64,000 bases of DNA from positions 554,303 through 618,302 of the forward strand of contig CP011215.1 in the NCBI GenBank assembly GCA_001029775.1, given 5' to 3'. Within the stretch, counting starts at the first letter, position 1; each line of letters starts with the position of its first letter. Both the position numbers and the translations under genes were made by a program. Under the pieces are notes generated by a model that saw only the letters and a program-made list of their open reading frames with translations, was not told the DNA's origin and made no database searches. This DNA comes from Candidatus Campbellbacteria bacterium GW2011_OD1_34_28. GTDB taxonomy: Bacteria; Patescibacteriota; Minisyncoccia; Phycocordibacterales; UBA12079. Positions 19,546 through 30,157 of this stretch are shown piece by piece.

Positions 19546-22032
19546 TTATAGGCAGGTAAGCGATGCAATCTTGTCACCTTCTCTCATTTTCATTATTCTT
19601 ACCCCCTGTGTCTGTCTGCCCAATGATGGGATTTCTGAAACATCTACTCTGATCACTTGTGCATTTTTTGAGATAGCAACAATTTCTTGTTGTTTTTCCG
19701 TCAGTACTTTTGATGTAATCAAATTTCCTGTTTTGTCGGTGATTTTCATTGTCTTGATTCCCGATCCTCCCCTCTTTTGAATTTTGTATTCTTTGAGAGA
19801 AGTTTTCTTTCCGTATCCATTTCCGCTCATAACAAAGAAATCTGGATTCACATAATCTTTTTTGATGATATTTCCTCCAACAACAAAATCTCCTTTTCCA
19901 AGTTTCATTCCGGTCACTCCTCCCGCCCCTCTTCCCATTTCTCTAACATCGCTTTCTTTAAAGCGAATAGATTGTCCTTTACTGCTGGTCAAAATAATAG
20001 TATCTCCTTTATCAACAAAACGAGCGGTTATCAATTCGTCTTTGTCTTGCAATTTTATAGCAATCAAACCGTTTCTTCTTACATCATGAAAGTTTTTAGC
20101 GGCTACCTTTTTTGTAACTCCAGCCTTTGTAACCATCAACAGAGAAATATTGTTCTGTTTTTCATCTTTTGGCATTGGTAAAATAGAAGTAACTCTTTCT
20201 TCTGCTTCCAATTGCAAAAAATTCATAATAGATTTTCCTCTTGTTGCTCTTTTTCCTTCTGGAATATCGTACATCTTTATTTGGTAAGCTTTTCCTTTGT
20301 CGCTAAAGAACAACAAATCACTGTGTGTGCTTGTTGTCAAAAATGTAGTAACAAAGTCTTCTTCTTTGGCTTTTAGGTCTACTACGCCCACCCCGCCTCT
20401 TTTTTGTCTCTTGTATTCGTCAGGGTTGGTTCTCTTTATATATCCTCCAGATGTATAAACCAAAACACTCTCTTCTTCGGGGATTAAATCTTCAACAGAA
20501 ATAGATTTAACACCTGTATTAACAACTTTGGTTCTTCTGTCGTCTCCATATTTTTCAGAAATTTCAACAAGTTCTTTTTTGATAACTTCCAATATTTTTT
20601 TAGGACTCTTCAAAAGTTCGCGCAATTCTTTTATCAAAGATTGTACCTCTTTCAATTCGTCTTCAATTTTCTTTCTCTCCAGTCCTGCCAATTTTTGCAA
20701 CTTCATTTCCAAAATAGCATGAGCTTGTCTATCGCTAAATTTGAATTCTTTCATCAAATTTAAATGAGCAGTTGCAGTGTCTTTGGATGCTTTAATCGTT
20801 TTGATTATCTGATCAATATGATCTAGGGCTTTCTTTAATCCTAGCAAAATATGCTCTCTGTCTTCTGCTTTTCTTAGATCAAATTGAGTTCTTCTAACAA
20901 CAACATCTTGTCTGTGTTTGATAAATTCTTCCAAGACGCTTTTCAGCGCCATTGTTTGAGGAACACCATCAACCAATACAACAAGGTTCATATGGAAGGT
21001 ATCTTCCAATTGAGTGTGTTTATAAATATAATTTAATATTTTTTGAGGATGGGTACCCGATTTTAGATCAATAACAACTCGGATATCTCTTGTTGATTCG
21101 TCTCTCAATCCCTTTATGCCCTCTATTTTTTTATCTCTGTGAAGCTCGGCTATTTTAACAATCAAATCTGCCTTGTTTACTCTGAAAGGAAGTGAAGTAA
21201 TGATAATCTGAAAATTGTCGGCTTTGTTTTCTACTATCTCTGCATTTCCACGACAAATAATACCGCCTCTTCCAGTGGCATAAGCGTGAGCAATTGCTTT
21301 TTCATCAAAAATCATTCCACCCAAAGGAAAATCTGGTCCTTTCACGAAACCAAGAAGGTCTTCGGTTGTAGCATCGGTATTGTCTATTAAGTGAACTGTT
21401 GCATCAACTACCTCTCTCAAGTTATGAGGGGGAATATTGGTTGCCATACCAACAGCAATACCAAGTGTTCCATTTAAAAGGATATTTGGAACAGCAGACG
21501 GCAAGACAGTTGGTTCTTTGGTTGTCCCATCATAGTTTGGTCTAAAATCAACGGTGTTTTTTTCAATGTCTCTCAACAACTCGTTTGAAAGTTTTGACAT
21601 CTTTGCTTCGGTGTACCTCATCGCTGCTGGAGAGTCTCCGTCTATTGAACCAAAGTTTCCTTGTCCTAATACCAAAGGATATCTCATTGTAAAGTCTTGA
21701 GTCATCTTTACCATAGAGTCGTAAACAGCCACATCACCGTGAGGGTGGTATTTTCCCAATACGTCTCCGACTACGGCAGCAGATTTTCTAAATTTTGCAG
21801 ATGATGTCAAACCCATGCCACTCATTGTGTAAAGGATTCTCCTGTGAACTGGTTTCAATCCGTCTCTTACATCAGGCAAAGCACGATCGGTAATAACAGA
21901 CATGGCATAATCCAAAAAACTACTCTCCATTTGAGAGCTGATATTTTCTGTGATGATACCTTTTTCTGTCACGATATCTTTTGGAATTTCTTTTTCGTTA
22001 TTTGAATTGTCCTTTTCTTCTTTTTTTGCCAT
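19546..22032 (-). CDS. gyrA: DNA gyrase subunit A
   Basis: [22 protein letters not shown], GyrA-box QKRGGVG. Confidence 0.97.
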   Translation of the reverse strand: MAKKEEKDNSNNEKEIPKDIVTEKGIITENISSQMESSFLDYAMSVITDRALPDVRDGLKPVHRRILYTMSGMGLTSSAKFRKSAAVVGDVLGKYHPHGDVAVYDSMVKMTQDFTMRYPLVLGQGNFGSIDGDSPAAMRYTEAKMSKLSNELLRDIEKNTVDFRPNYDGTTKEPTVLPSAVPNILLNGTLGIAVGMATNIPPHNLREVVDATVHLIDNTDATTEDLLGFVKGPDFPLGGMIFDEKAIAHAYATGRGGIICRGNAEIVENKADNFQIIITSLPFRVNKADLIVKIAELHRDKKIEGIKGLRDESTRDIRVVIDLKSGTHPQKILNYIYKHTQLEDTFHMNLVVLVDGVPQTMALKSVLEEFIKHRQDVVVRRTQFDLRKAEDREHILLGLKKALDHIDQIIKTIKASKDTATAHLNLMKEFKFSDRQAHAILEMKLQKLAGLERKKIEDELKEVQSLIKELRELLKSPKKILEVIKKELVEISEKYGDDRRTKVVNTGVKSISVEDLIPEEESVLVYTSGGYIKRTNPDEYKRQKRGGVGVVDLKAKEEDFVTTFLTTSTHSDLLFFSDKGKAYQIKMYDIPEGKRATRGKSIMNFLQLEAEERVTSILPMPKDEKQNNISLLMVTKAGVTKKVAAKNFHDVRRNGLIAIKLQDKDELITARFVDKGDTIILTSSKGQSIRFKESDVREMGRGAGGVTGMKLGKGDFVVGGNIIKKDYVNPDFFVMSGNGYGKKTSLKEYKIQKRGGSGIKTMKITDKTGNLITSKVLTEKQQEIVAISKNAQVIRVDVSEIPSLGRQTQGVRIMKMREGDKIASLTCL

Positions 22033-22179
22033 GTTTTAAATTAGTTTTTAGTCGTTAGTTATTAGTTTTTAATTATCAAAACCAGTTTATTGTTTATAGA
22101 TTCTAAAGACTATAAACTATCACCTAATAACTACGAAATTATATCACAAAACAAAATTAATTTCCTTATCAAAAAGTCG

Positions 22180-22425
22180 TTATTTTAAGTCTATCTGTTG
22201 ATAAATTCCACCAAAATCATCCCATATTTTTAACACAAAAACCTTCATTTCTTGAATTGAATTGTTACCATATTCTTTCTTTCTTTTATTATCTTCAAAA
22301 AAATAATTTAAAATTATGGCAATCAAAATTATCCCTATCATTGTAAAGACTGTATAGGTAAAAAGAAGAGATCTTTTTTCTTCTTCTGGCTTGTTTCTTA
22401 TTTTTGTTAAGAAATCACCGGACAT
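22180..22425 (-). CDS. hypothetical small membrane protein
   Basis: KIRNKPEEEKR plus one TM helix. Confidence 0.6.
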   Translation of the reverse strand: MSGDFLTKIRNKPEEEKRSLLFTYTVFTMIGIILIAIILNYFFEDNKRKKEYGNNSIQEMKVFVLKIWDDFGGIYQQIDLK

Positions 22426-22436
22426 ATTAAAAAATA

Positions 22437-23075
22437 TTATACTTCTGAATTTAAAACAATTATTTCACCGTCTCTGCCTTCCAGATCTTTCTTCTTGATA
22501 GTCAATTTGTCTACAGGCTTAACATTTTCTTCTCCCCCCTCTTTCAAAAACTTTTTCAGAGCATCCTTTTCTCCAACATCACCATAATGCATTGGAATAA
22601 TTATTTTTGCTCCCAATTTGGTTGCTAGTTTGTGGGCATCACTTGCGTTTAATACCCCATCACCTCCGATAGGAGTAAATAATACCTCTACATCGCCTAA
22701 AACAGATTTCGCATTTTCTCCTAATTCTATTGAATCCAAAGCACCAAGAAAACCAATTTTTATTCCGTCCAATGTCAAAGAATAGACAGTATTGATTCTG
22801 CTCTTGCCTTTGTATTGAGTATTATAAAAAACTCCTCTTATAAAAATTCCTTTGATTTCATATTCTCCTGGACCAGAAATAACAAAAGGTTCTTTGTTTT
22901 TTGAAGAAACACTTTCTACCCCGTTCAAGTCAACACTGTTTGCTGTGATAATGGCAATATCAGCACCGAATCGAGGGCCTTTAAATTTTGAATCTTTGGA
23001 AATTGGATTAAAAGCGATGACTATGTCGCCAAATTGAACTTTAAAAAATTCTATATTGTGGTATGTGATTATCAT
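22437..23075 (-). CDS. MBL-fold (Lactamase_B_3-like) protein
   Basis: GPGEYEIKG, PIGG, IIIPMHY; start at MIITY (the ORF-track extension runs through repeats). Confidence 0.8.
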   Translation of the reverse strand: MIITYHNIEFFKVQFGDIVIAFNPISKDSKFKGPRFGADIAIITANSVDLNGVESVSSKNKEPFVISGPGEYEIKGIFIRGVFYNTQYKGKSRINTVYSLTLDGIKIGFLGALDSIELGENAKSVLGDVEVLFTPIGGDGVLNASDAHKLATKLGAKIIIPMHYGDVGEKDALKKFLKEGGEENVKPVDKLTIKKKDLEGRDGEIIVLNSEV

Positions 23076-23447
23076 AGGTTGGATTATATCATACTTTAGA
23101 ATTACGAAATTGTGGATTGCTTCACTTCGTTCGCAAATTTCCCGCCTTTGTCGTCTTTGCGAAATTTCGTCTTCCCCGTCGTCTTTGCGAGCCGAAGGCG
23201 AAGCAATCCACGTCGTCCGTGCTATCAGCTGTAAGCTATCGGCTATCAGCTTCTTCAATGCTATCAGCTTTTTGAACTTTTGACTTTTGTCTTATTATAT
23301 ATATACTTAACTACAGCCAGAAACGGCTTTATTTTTTATTAATCGAATTATAAGTTAACCCTATTTAAAAAAGCGGTAAGGCGCGAAAAGATTATAGATT
23401 AAGCCTTATTTTGCTGGTAAATAGTACTTTTAATTCAAAAAATCAAA

Positions 23448-24563
23448 ATGACAAAAAAGGATGTTAATCCAGAAGTAGAGGTATCTACTAATGAAGAAGT
23501 GAAAAAAGACGGTATAATGACCGCTTTGATCGAAAAAACCCCTACTCTTCCTGCTATAGGAGAGCTAATCGAGGGAAAAGTTATAGGTATTGAAAAGAAT
23601 GGTGTTTTTATAGATTTGCCACCATTTGGTACAGGTATAATTTATGGAAAAGAACTTATAAGTGTTCGTGATGTAATCAAAAATTTGAACATCGGGGATA
23701 CTGTTGATGCAAAGATTGTTGATGTTGAAAACGAAGACGGTTATGTTGAATTGTCTTTGAAAGAAGCTAGACAAGCTCTTGTTTGGACAGAAGCTGAAAA
23801 AGCAATGAAAGAAAAACAAGTTCTTGAATTGTCTATCAAAGAAGCAAACAAAGGAGGTCTTCTTATCAACTGGCAAGGAATCTCAGGATTTCTTCCTGCT
23901 TCACAACTAAGCAGTGAAAATTATCCAAGAGTAGCAGACGGAGATAAAGACAAGATCTTGGAAGAATTGAAAAAAATGGTTGGTTCAAAAATCGCTGTTC
24001 AAATTATCGGCGTTGAACCAAAAGAAGGAAAATTAATCTTCTCAGAGAAAAATATAAATCAAGGAGAGAGAGAAGAAGTTATTCAAAAATACAATGTTGG
24101 AGATGAAATGGAAGGAGAAGTTACTGGTATTGTTGATTTCGGAATCTTTATCAAATTGGATGGAAACATTGAAGGTTTGGTACACATTTCAGAAATAAGC
24201 TGGTCACTTGTTGAAAATCCAAGAGAATTGTTCAAGATTGGAGAAAAAGTAAAGGTGAAAATTATAGAAATAGTAGATGGAAAGATTTCACTATCTATCA
24301 AAGCTTTGAAAGAAAATCCTTGGAAAAGTGCAGAAAGAAAATTCAAGAAGGGCGATGAGGTTGAAGCTGTGGTTATCAAATTCAACAAACACGGCGCTTT
24401 GGCAAGTATAGAAGAGGGTGTAGCTGGACTTGTTCACATTTCAGAATTTGAAAGTAGTGAAGAAAAATTGAAAGAGGCTTTGCAACTAGGCAAAAACTAT
24501 AAATTCAAAATCAATGTCTTTGAACCAAAAGATCAAAAAATGACATTGTCTTTAGTTAAATAA
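23448..24563 (+). CDS. rpsA: 30S ribosomal protein S1
   Basis: four S1 domains (GFLPASQ, EGLVHISE, AGLVHISE). Confidence 0.9.
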   Translation: MTKKDVNPEVEVSTNEEVKKDGIMTALIEKTPTLPAIGELIEGKVIGIEKNGVFIDLPPFGTGIIYGKELISVRDVIKNLNIGDTVDAKIVDVENEDGYVELSLKEARQALVWTEAEKAMKEKQVLELSIKEANKGGLLINWQGISGFLPASQLSSENYPRVADGDKDKILEELKKMVGSKIAVQIIGVEPKEGKLIFSEKNINQGEREEVIQKYNVGDEMEGEVTGIVDFGIFIKLDGNIEGLVHISEISWSLVENPRELFKIGEKVKVKIIEIVDGKISLSIKALKENPWKSAERKFKKGDEVEAVVIKFNKHGALASIEEGVAGLVHISEFESSEEKLKEALQLGKNYKFKINVFEPKDQKMTLSLVK

Positions 24564-24701
24564 ATTTAACTAAAGAAAAAAACAAAAAACAGGGACTCAC
24601 CGTCCCTGTTTTTTGTTTTTAATTGACTTATTTTATTTAAATAAATATACTCAGGACAGATTTTAGGATGTTCTCGCTATACAAAATAGAAGGAGGAAAA
24701 A

Positions 24702-25493
24702 ATGAATAGTGAAGGTCGTTTTATTAGTATTACGGATTTTACTTGCCCTGAGCAGGTAAATTCTATGTTGGAATTAAGAAAAAAACTCAACAGCAAAATC
24801 CTTTTGGGCGTTGGAGTTATGATGAGTTATAAAACACTTCACGGATTCCCAACAAAATGGTCAAAATCTTTTCCAGAAAACAAAGATATTCCGTCTATTT
24901 TTATGGACAAAGAGGGTGTTTTTAATGTTTTACATTATGCGGATCAAAACAATGATTCATGTTGGGAAGATTTTTGGGCAGGGCTTGGTTATGCGGGTCC
25001 AAATGTTCATGCGATCCAGTTTGATATGACATGGCCACACCCTAACGATGTCCATTATGTAATTAGTAGCATGAAAGAAGAGGGGGCTCTTGTCGAAGTA
25101 ATTATACAAGTTGGACGAAAATCTTTTTTACAGGCAGGAAATACACCCAAAGGAATTATAAAAAGATTATCAGAATATTATTACAGAAACTGTTTGGGCT
25201 ATGTTCTTTTGGATAAAAGTATGGGCGAAGGGAAAATACTCAACCCTCACGAACTAATTCCTTTTATAGATGCGATTTACCAAAAGTGGCCAAATATTAA
25301 AATTGTTGTAGCGGGTGGTCTCGGTCCAGAAACAATTTCCACTGTGGAACCAATTTTGGACCTTTATCCCGTAAGTCTTTGTGCTCAATCCAGATTACGC
25401 CCCAGTTTTAATGCTTTAGACCCCATTGATTGGGATATGGCACAGGAATATTGGAAAAAAGCCGATGCTCTTTTTAAAAAATACGAAAAGTAA
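24702..25493 (+). CDS. TIM-barrel protein, PRAI/TrpF-like (cassette cargo)
   Basis: VLLDKSMGEG and VAGGLGPE; TTGACT-17-TATACT promoter, SD AGGAGG, terminator 25507-25539. Confidence 0.6.
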   Translation: MNSEGRFISITDFTCPEQVNSMLELRKKLNSKILLGVGVMMSYKTLHGFPTKWSKSFPENKDIPSIFMDKEGVFNVLHYADQNNDSCWEDFWAGLGYAGPNVHAIQFDMTWPHPNDVHYVISSMKEEGALVEVIIQVGRKSFLQAGNTPKGIIKRLSEYYYRNCLGYVLLDKSMGEGKILNPHELIPFIDAIYQKWPNIKIVVAGGLGPETISTVEPILDLYPVSLCAQSRLRPSFNALDPIDWDMAQEYWKKADALFKKYEK

Positions 25494-25557
25494 TTTTTTC
25501 ACTTTAAAACCCCAGTAGCAGCAAGGCTATTGGGGTTTTGTTTAAAATTGAAAAAAT

Positions 25558-25680
25558 AAAAAACTCCCAGCACGTGGTGTGCTGGGAGCAAAGTGTCAAT
25601 TTTGTCTCGGTTTTTAACTAACCGGAGGAATCTGCTTTCCTTGGGCTCTCCATTTTTTAAAAACGGGGACAAAATTTGTT
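25558..25680 (-). repeat. family-A cassette trailer (structured 3' region + terminator)
   Basis: near-identical to 29391-29512; terminator alone also at 18147-18180. Confidence 0.9.
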
Positions 25681-25681
25681 G

Positions 25682-25948
25682 TTACGGCAACTTCACCGTA
25701 ATCAACAGATTGCTAGGTATCGCTTCACACGGCACAGTCGACAGTGAAGCTATCTTCGCAAAACCCACCCACGTCTGATAGATAGCAAAGCACAAGCCTG
25801 TTCGTGGATCTTTCGTATACTGAATTCGTGCGACAGTATTGGTGACTTCTTTTATTATTGTATCTTCTTCCGTCGTCGCCGATGACGTTCCGAAGCCGAG
25901 AACCATAGCTACCAACGTAACGCAAATCATCATGGAAATCTTTTTCAT
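25682..25948 (-). CDS. hypothetical secreted protein (family-A cargo)
   Basis: signal peptide; YTKDPRTGLCFA...VPC; SD AGGAG. Confidence 0.7.
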   Translation of the reverse strand: MKKISMMICVTLVAMVLGFGTSSATTEEDTIIKEVTNTVARIQYTKDPRTGLCFAIYQTWVGFAKIASLSTVPCEAIPSNLLITVKLP

Positions 25949-25973
25949 ACCTTCTCCTTCAATTGAATGACTT

Positions 25974-26109
25974 TTTTGTATTTCAATTTTTAGGCGTCTC
26001 TTTCAAAACACCCTTATTTCCTATTCATAATACTAACATAATTAAACAATACTGTCAATCTTTCTAACCAAAACAACCAAAAAACCGCTTAAAAATAGCG
26101 GTTTTTTGT
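25974..26109 (-). repeat. family-A cassette leader, copy 2
   Basis: TTGACA-17-TAGTAT; GGGTGTTTT-GAAA-GAGACGCCT hairpin. Confidence 0.9.
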
Positions 26110-26185
26110 GTTTCTAAAACCTGCCTCTTTTCTGAAAGAAAAGCAACGACACGGCAGGCAGGACTAAAAACTGACAACTAAAAAC

Positions 26186-26770
26186 TCAATTAAACTCGTT
26201 CATTGCTTTGTCTCTTCCCTCTTTTACAATCATTTCCAAAGCAATATTTATTTTTTTGCTTATCTTTTTTAAGACATCCATCTCAGGTTTTTTAAAGTCT
26301 TTCATTATCAAATTTAAAACCTTTTCTTCTCCTTTTGGTTTTTTCAGTTTACCCGTAGGGGTAGTAGGACAAATACCAATTCTAATTCTTGCAAATTCTT
26401 TTGTCTTGATTGTTTTCACGATTGATTCCAATCCATTGTGTCCACCTGTTCCCCTATTAAAAGATATTTTAAAATCACCTAGTCCAAGATCCAAATCGTC
26501 GTACATCACAATCAAATTTTCCGCATTATCTTTGTTAATTAAATCTTTCACACTCAAACCAGATTTATTCATAAATGTTTCCGGTTTTAAAAGAATCACA
26601 TTTTCTTTATCAATCTTTCCTTCTGATATCAAGGATTTATATTTTTTATTTTCATTCCAATCAGAAAAATCGTTACTTTTTGCAAAATAATCCAACATAA
26701 TTCTGCCTGTATTATGTCTCGTCATCTCATATTCTTTTCCCGGATTTCCTAGTCCAACGATTATGTACAT
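26186..26770 (-). CDS. pth: peptidyl-tRNA hydrolase
   Basis: GLGNPG, TRHN, FMNKSG, GGHNG. Confidence 0.95.
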   Translation of the reverse strand: MYIIVGLGNPGKEYEMTRHNTGRIMLDYFAKSNDFSDWNENKKYKSLISEGKIDKENVILLKPETFMNKSGLSVKDLINKDNAENLIVMYDDLDLGLGDFKISFNRGTGGHNGLESIVKTIKTKEFARIRIGICPTTPTGKLKKPKGEEKVLNLIMKDFKKPEMDVLKKISKKINIALEMIVKEGRDKAMNEFN

Positions 26771-26872
26771 AAATATTAGTATAAAGTAGTAAGGATTAAG
26801 TAACAAGTAGAACGGGTCGACTTCGTCAACGCTGTTAGCTATCAGCTGTCCACTGTGAGCTTCGTCCGTGAA

Positions 26873-27913
26873 TCAGTCCATATACAATTTCTTATTCAAC
26901 AAATGATCTTTGTAATTTGTTGCATAATAAAGATTTCCTCTTCTGTCTGAAAGATAGTACAAATAATCATTTTCAATTGGTTCAATCGCAGCTAAAATAG
27001 AGTTGAGACCCGGATTAGTTATTGGTCCTGGAGGCAAACCTTTGTATTTATAAGTATTATAAGGAGAATCGTGCTTTAAATCAGTCAAATTTACTTCGTA
27101 TGTGTTTTTACCGATTATATAGGGAAAAACAGCATCAACCTGTAAAGGCATATCTATTTCAATTCTATTCCATAAAATACCAGAGACCATTTTTCTTGTT
27201 TTAACAGTTCTCGCTTCTTCTTCTATGAGAGATGCCATAATTATTATGTCCGAAAGGCTTTTATCTGATTTTGATATTTTTTCTTGAATTTCTGTCATTT
27301 TTGAATAAAAATTTATCTCCATTGCTCTCAAAACATCAATCGCGGTTATGTTTGGTAAAAATTGATATGTATCAGGAAACAAATATCCTTCCAAATTATT
27401 TTCTTCGGCCAGTCTTACAAATTCATCTGGATTAAATTTGCTAAATTTTTTAGCAATGACAACAGACATCTCTTTTACAGTTAGTCCTTCGTAGAGGGTT
27501 ACTTTCATAGGATCCATACCGAAATCGCCGTTTACCAATGCAATTGCCGTCCCGAAAGCGTCTTTTTTTTCTTCAAAAAAATAATCTCCGGCGATTATAC
27601 TTTTTTCACCACCTAGTGCTCTAACAGTTATTTCAAAAAAAGATTTTGATTTTATAACCCTTTTATCTTTTAGTTCTTTTGAAATATCTCTCAAAGTATC
27701 TCCACTTTCAATATGAATAATAGAAGCAAGTGGAAAAGACTGTGGAGCATTGATAAACAAAAAATATACTGAATAAAGAAAAATTAAACACAAAAAAAAC
27801 AACTCCCATATAAGAGAACTATTTTCGCTTAAAAATTCCCGAGTTATTTTAGGCTTGGGAATTTTTTTGTCAGCGAAAAAATTTCTTGGATTGTAATTTT
27901 GAAAATTAAGCAT
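26873..27913 (-). CDS. mltG: endolytic transglycosylase MltG
   Basis: EGYLFPDTY, ASLIEEE, SPYNTY..GLPPGPI. Confidence 0.93.
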   Translation of the reverse strand: MLNFQNYNPRNFFADKKIPKPKITREFLSENSSLIWELFFLCLIFLYSVYFLFINAPQSFPLASIIHIESGDTLRDISKELKDKRVIKSKSFFEITVRALGGEKSIIAGDYFFEEKKDAFGTAIALVNGDFGMDPMKVTLYEGLTVKEMSVVIAKKFSKFNPDEFVRLAEENNLEGYLFPDTYQFLPNITAIDVLRAMEINFYSKMTEIQEKISKSDKSLSDIIIMASLIEEEARTVKTRKMVSGILWNRIEIDMPLQVDAVFPYIIGKNTYEVNLTDLKHDSPYNTYKYKGLPPGPITNPGLNSILAAIEPIENDYLYYLSDRRGNLYYATNYKDHLLNKKLYMD

Positions 27914-27940
27914 AAGCTAGATAGCAAATTTAACTTTTTA

Positions 27941-29206
27941 TTAAAAAGGTAAATTTGCAGGTGGTTCTGACTTTTTAGATTCAATTCTTGAGAAAGTTGG
28001 TGTTTCAACAGACTTGCTTGGTAGATGGAATATTGTTGCTAATTCCTCCGAACTTAAAACAAATTGTTTGTCACTGGTGTGAGGATAGTAAAAATAAGCT
28101 CTTTTTTTGTAATCATTGAATATCTCGTTTTTCATTTTGTTTAAGCGAGTATTCTTGTAATCTTGCCAAGGATAATCAAAGCCAGTTACCCTATTTGGTC
28201 TGAAACCGTTCATATTCCCTGAGTTATATTGTTTAAAAGACCCTGTCATCCCTGTAATATTTATTGGGTTAAATTTGTCTTTTTCGGCAATATAAATCCC
28301 CCTGATACCACAGTCAAAACCGGGTTTAGTAATGTTTCTTTCAACGGCTTCAATTATTTGTGACTCTACTTTTGTTGGTGGACGATTTTTTGTTTTATCT
28401 TTTTCATCAGTCACAAGATTTGCCAACAATTTTTTCTTTTCATCTTTTCCTTTTTCTGTCCAATCATAGCTATCAGACCACTGCATCTTTTCAAAGCGAT
28501 CTTTCCACGCCAATTCTTTTCTAAAATTTTTCTTGTGAGCGCGAACCATTATCTGAATCCATATCTGTTCGCCTTTTCCAATTGCGCCAAGAAATTCAAG
28601 AACTGGTGACATTGGATCAATTTTTTCTTCATCCTCTATACCAGGTCTATCCAAGCCGTAGTCAATATAAGTTTTTATTGGGTATGGATCGTCTTTTGTT
28701 AGAATAAATTCGTTTCCCCACAAACTCATATTGCTTAAATCAAGGGCAGTAAATTTTGTATAATCTGGTACTTCAAAGATCTCTACTCCTGGATATTGTG
28801 CATACAACTGAGATTCTAATAATTTTTTAAACTTTGCTTCTGTCCAGATAAAAAATCTTACATTTCCTTCCAAGGAAACCATTTCCAAAGAAAACCATGT
28901 TCTGCTTTTTCCCAGAATACTTCTGTCATACCAAGTTCCTTCTCCTCCGGGTTGATGCAAAGCACCCAAAAACAATTCCATTGCCAACGGACTCTTTTTT
29001 ATCTCTTTAGGAACTCTTATTTCCATTAAGATTCTATTTTGCATAGCTCTAAATAAAAATCTTTTATAATTTCTTCTAAATTTTAATGCGAGAGACAATA
29101 AAATAAAAGGTATGACAAAAGGTGATATTGTATATAAAACAAACAACACATCAATAACGAGTGGTTGAAGGAAGTGAGGAAATTTGGCAACAAAATTTTC
29201 TAACAT
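27941..29206 (-). CDS. conserved CPR hypothetical membrane protein
   Basis: ESQLYAQYP, EELATIFHLP and C-terminal PPANLP motifs recalled from CPR proteins. Confidence 0.7.
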   Translation of the reverse strand: MLENFVAKFPHFLQPLVIDVLFVLYTISPFVIPFILLSLALKFRRNYKRFLFRAMQNRILMEIRVPKEIKKSPLAMELFLGALHQPGGEGTWYDRSILGKSRTWFSLEMVSLEGNVRFFIWTEAKFKKLLESQLYAQYPGVEIFEVPDYTKFTALDLSNMSLWGNEFILTKDDPYPIKTYIDYGLDRPGIEDEEKIDPMSPVLEFLGAIGKGEQIWIQIMVRAHKKNFRKELAWKDRFEKMQWSDSYDWTEKGKDEKKKLLANLVTDEKDKTKNRPPTKVESQIIEAVERNITKPGFDCGIRGIYIAEKDKFNPINITGMTGSFKQYNSGNMNGFRPNRVTGFDYPWQDYKNTRLNKMKNEIFNDYKKRAYFYYPHTSDKQFVLSSEELATIFHLPSKSVETPTFSRIESKKSEPPANLPF

Positions 29207-29390
29207 TTGCTTATATTTTACAACAAAAAAAGTAACCAAACAATAAAATTAGTGGACAAAAAACATACCAATATACGAACCTGCCTGCCGTGTCGTTGCT
29301 TTTCTTTCAGAAAAGAGGTAGATGATGCGAATAATACGAATGCAATACAAATACAAACTTTACAAACACTGATGTTATTTTTTTAGTAAT

Positions 29391-29512
29391 AAAAAACTCC
29401 CAGCACGCAATGTGCTGGGAGCGGAGTGTCAATTTTGTCTCGGTTTTTGACTAACCGGAGGAATCTGCTTTCCTTAGGCTCTCCATTTTTTAAAAATGGG
29501 GAAAAAAATTTT
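29391..29512 (-). repeat. family-A cassette trailer, second copy
   Basis: near-identical to 25558-25680. Confidence 0.9.
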
Positions 29513-29514
29513 AT

Positions 29515-29961
29515 TTAATATTCTACTCCGAGGAAATAATCATCCTCGTTCCAGCTCCCATAAGCCCACTCGAGAAAAACCCCTTTCCCTTGGCTGTTGC
29601 TTTCAAACAACGTCGGCACATGCTTGGTTTTTTCTATTGAACACATCGAACCGAGTGCTGTTACTGAGAAAGGCTTTTGTAAAATTCTTTGGTTTATCCC
29701 GAAAGATAAAATCTCGTGGATAGTCGCTGGTCGACAACCCTCCCTGCTCATCCCAGAAAGAGTTTCGGTAATCCTCATACTCTTCCCGAAACAAAAAACC
29801 ACCAATTTCCTTTCTTCCACCTTCCCGTTCTTGGGACGAGGAAATTTTTCGAAGTGCCCCCTCCCTTGGGGGTATTTCTTGATGAGGTCATAGATAAGGC
29901 CGGGCACTTCCTGCGTTTCGTCAACAGGAACAACAAGCCGGTACTTTATATTAGTATTCAT
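29515..29961 (-). CDS. hypothetical protein (family-A cargo)
   Basis: GCRPATIHEIL..., VTALGS; SD AGGAG. Confidence 0.7.
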   Translation of the reverse strand: MNTNIKYRLVVPVDETQEVPGLIYDLIKKYPQGRGHFEKFPRPKNGKVEERKLVVFCFGKSMRITETLSGMSREGCRPATIHEILSFGINQRILQKPFSVTALGSMCSIEKTKHVPTLFESNSQGKGVFLEWAYGSWNEDDYFLGVEY

Positions 29962-29988
29962 AACCTTCTCCTTGTCCGCTTTGCGAAC

Positions 29989-30124
29989 TTTTGTATTTCA
30001 ATTTTTAGGCGTTTCTTTCAAAACACCCTTATTTCCTACCTATGATATTAACATAATTAAACAGCACTGTCAATCTCTGTAACTAAAACAAGCAAAAAAC
30101 CGCTTATTTTAAGCGGTTTTTTGT
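29989..30124 (-). repeat. family-A cassette leader, copy 3
   Basis: TTGACA-17-TAATAT; same hairpin and terminator. Confidence 0.9.
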
Positions 30125-30157
30125 TGTACTTTATAACTTTACAAACTTTAAGAACTT

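Noticed and set aside
23076-23258. N-terminal extension of the MBL-fold ORF
   Set aside because: It translates REP-like and heptamer repeats; a -10 box lies just upstream of ATG 23075.
19133-30045. Plus-strand ORFs 19133-19426 and 29716-30045 (both ending IFRRFFQNTLISYL) and the similar 25593 ORF as a protein family
   Set aside because: Similarity comes from antisense translation of the family-A leader/trailer; promoter and SD signals point to the minus strand.
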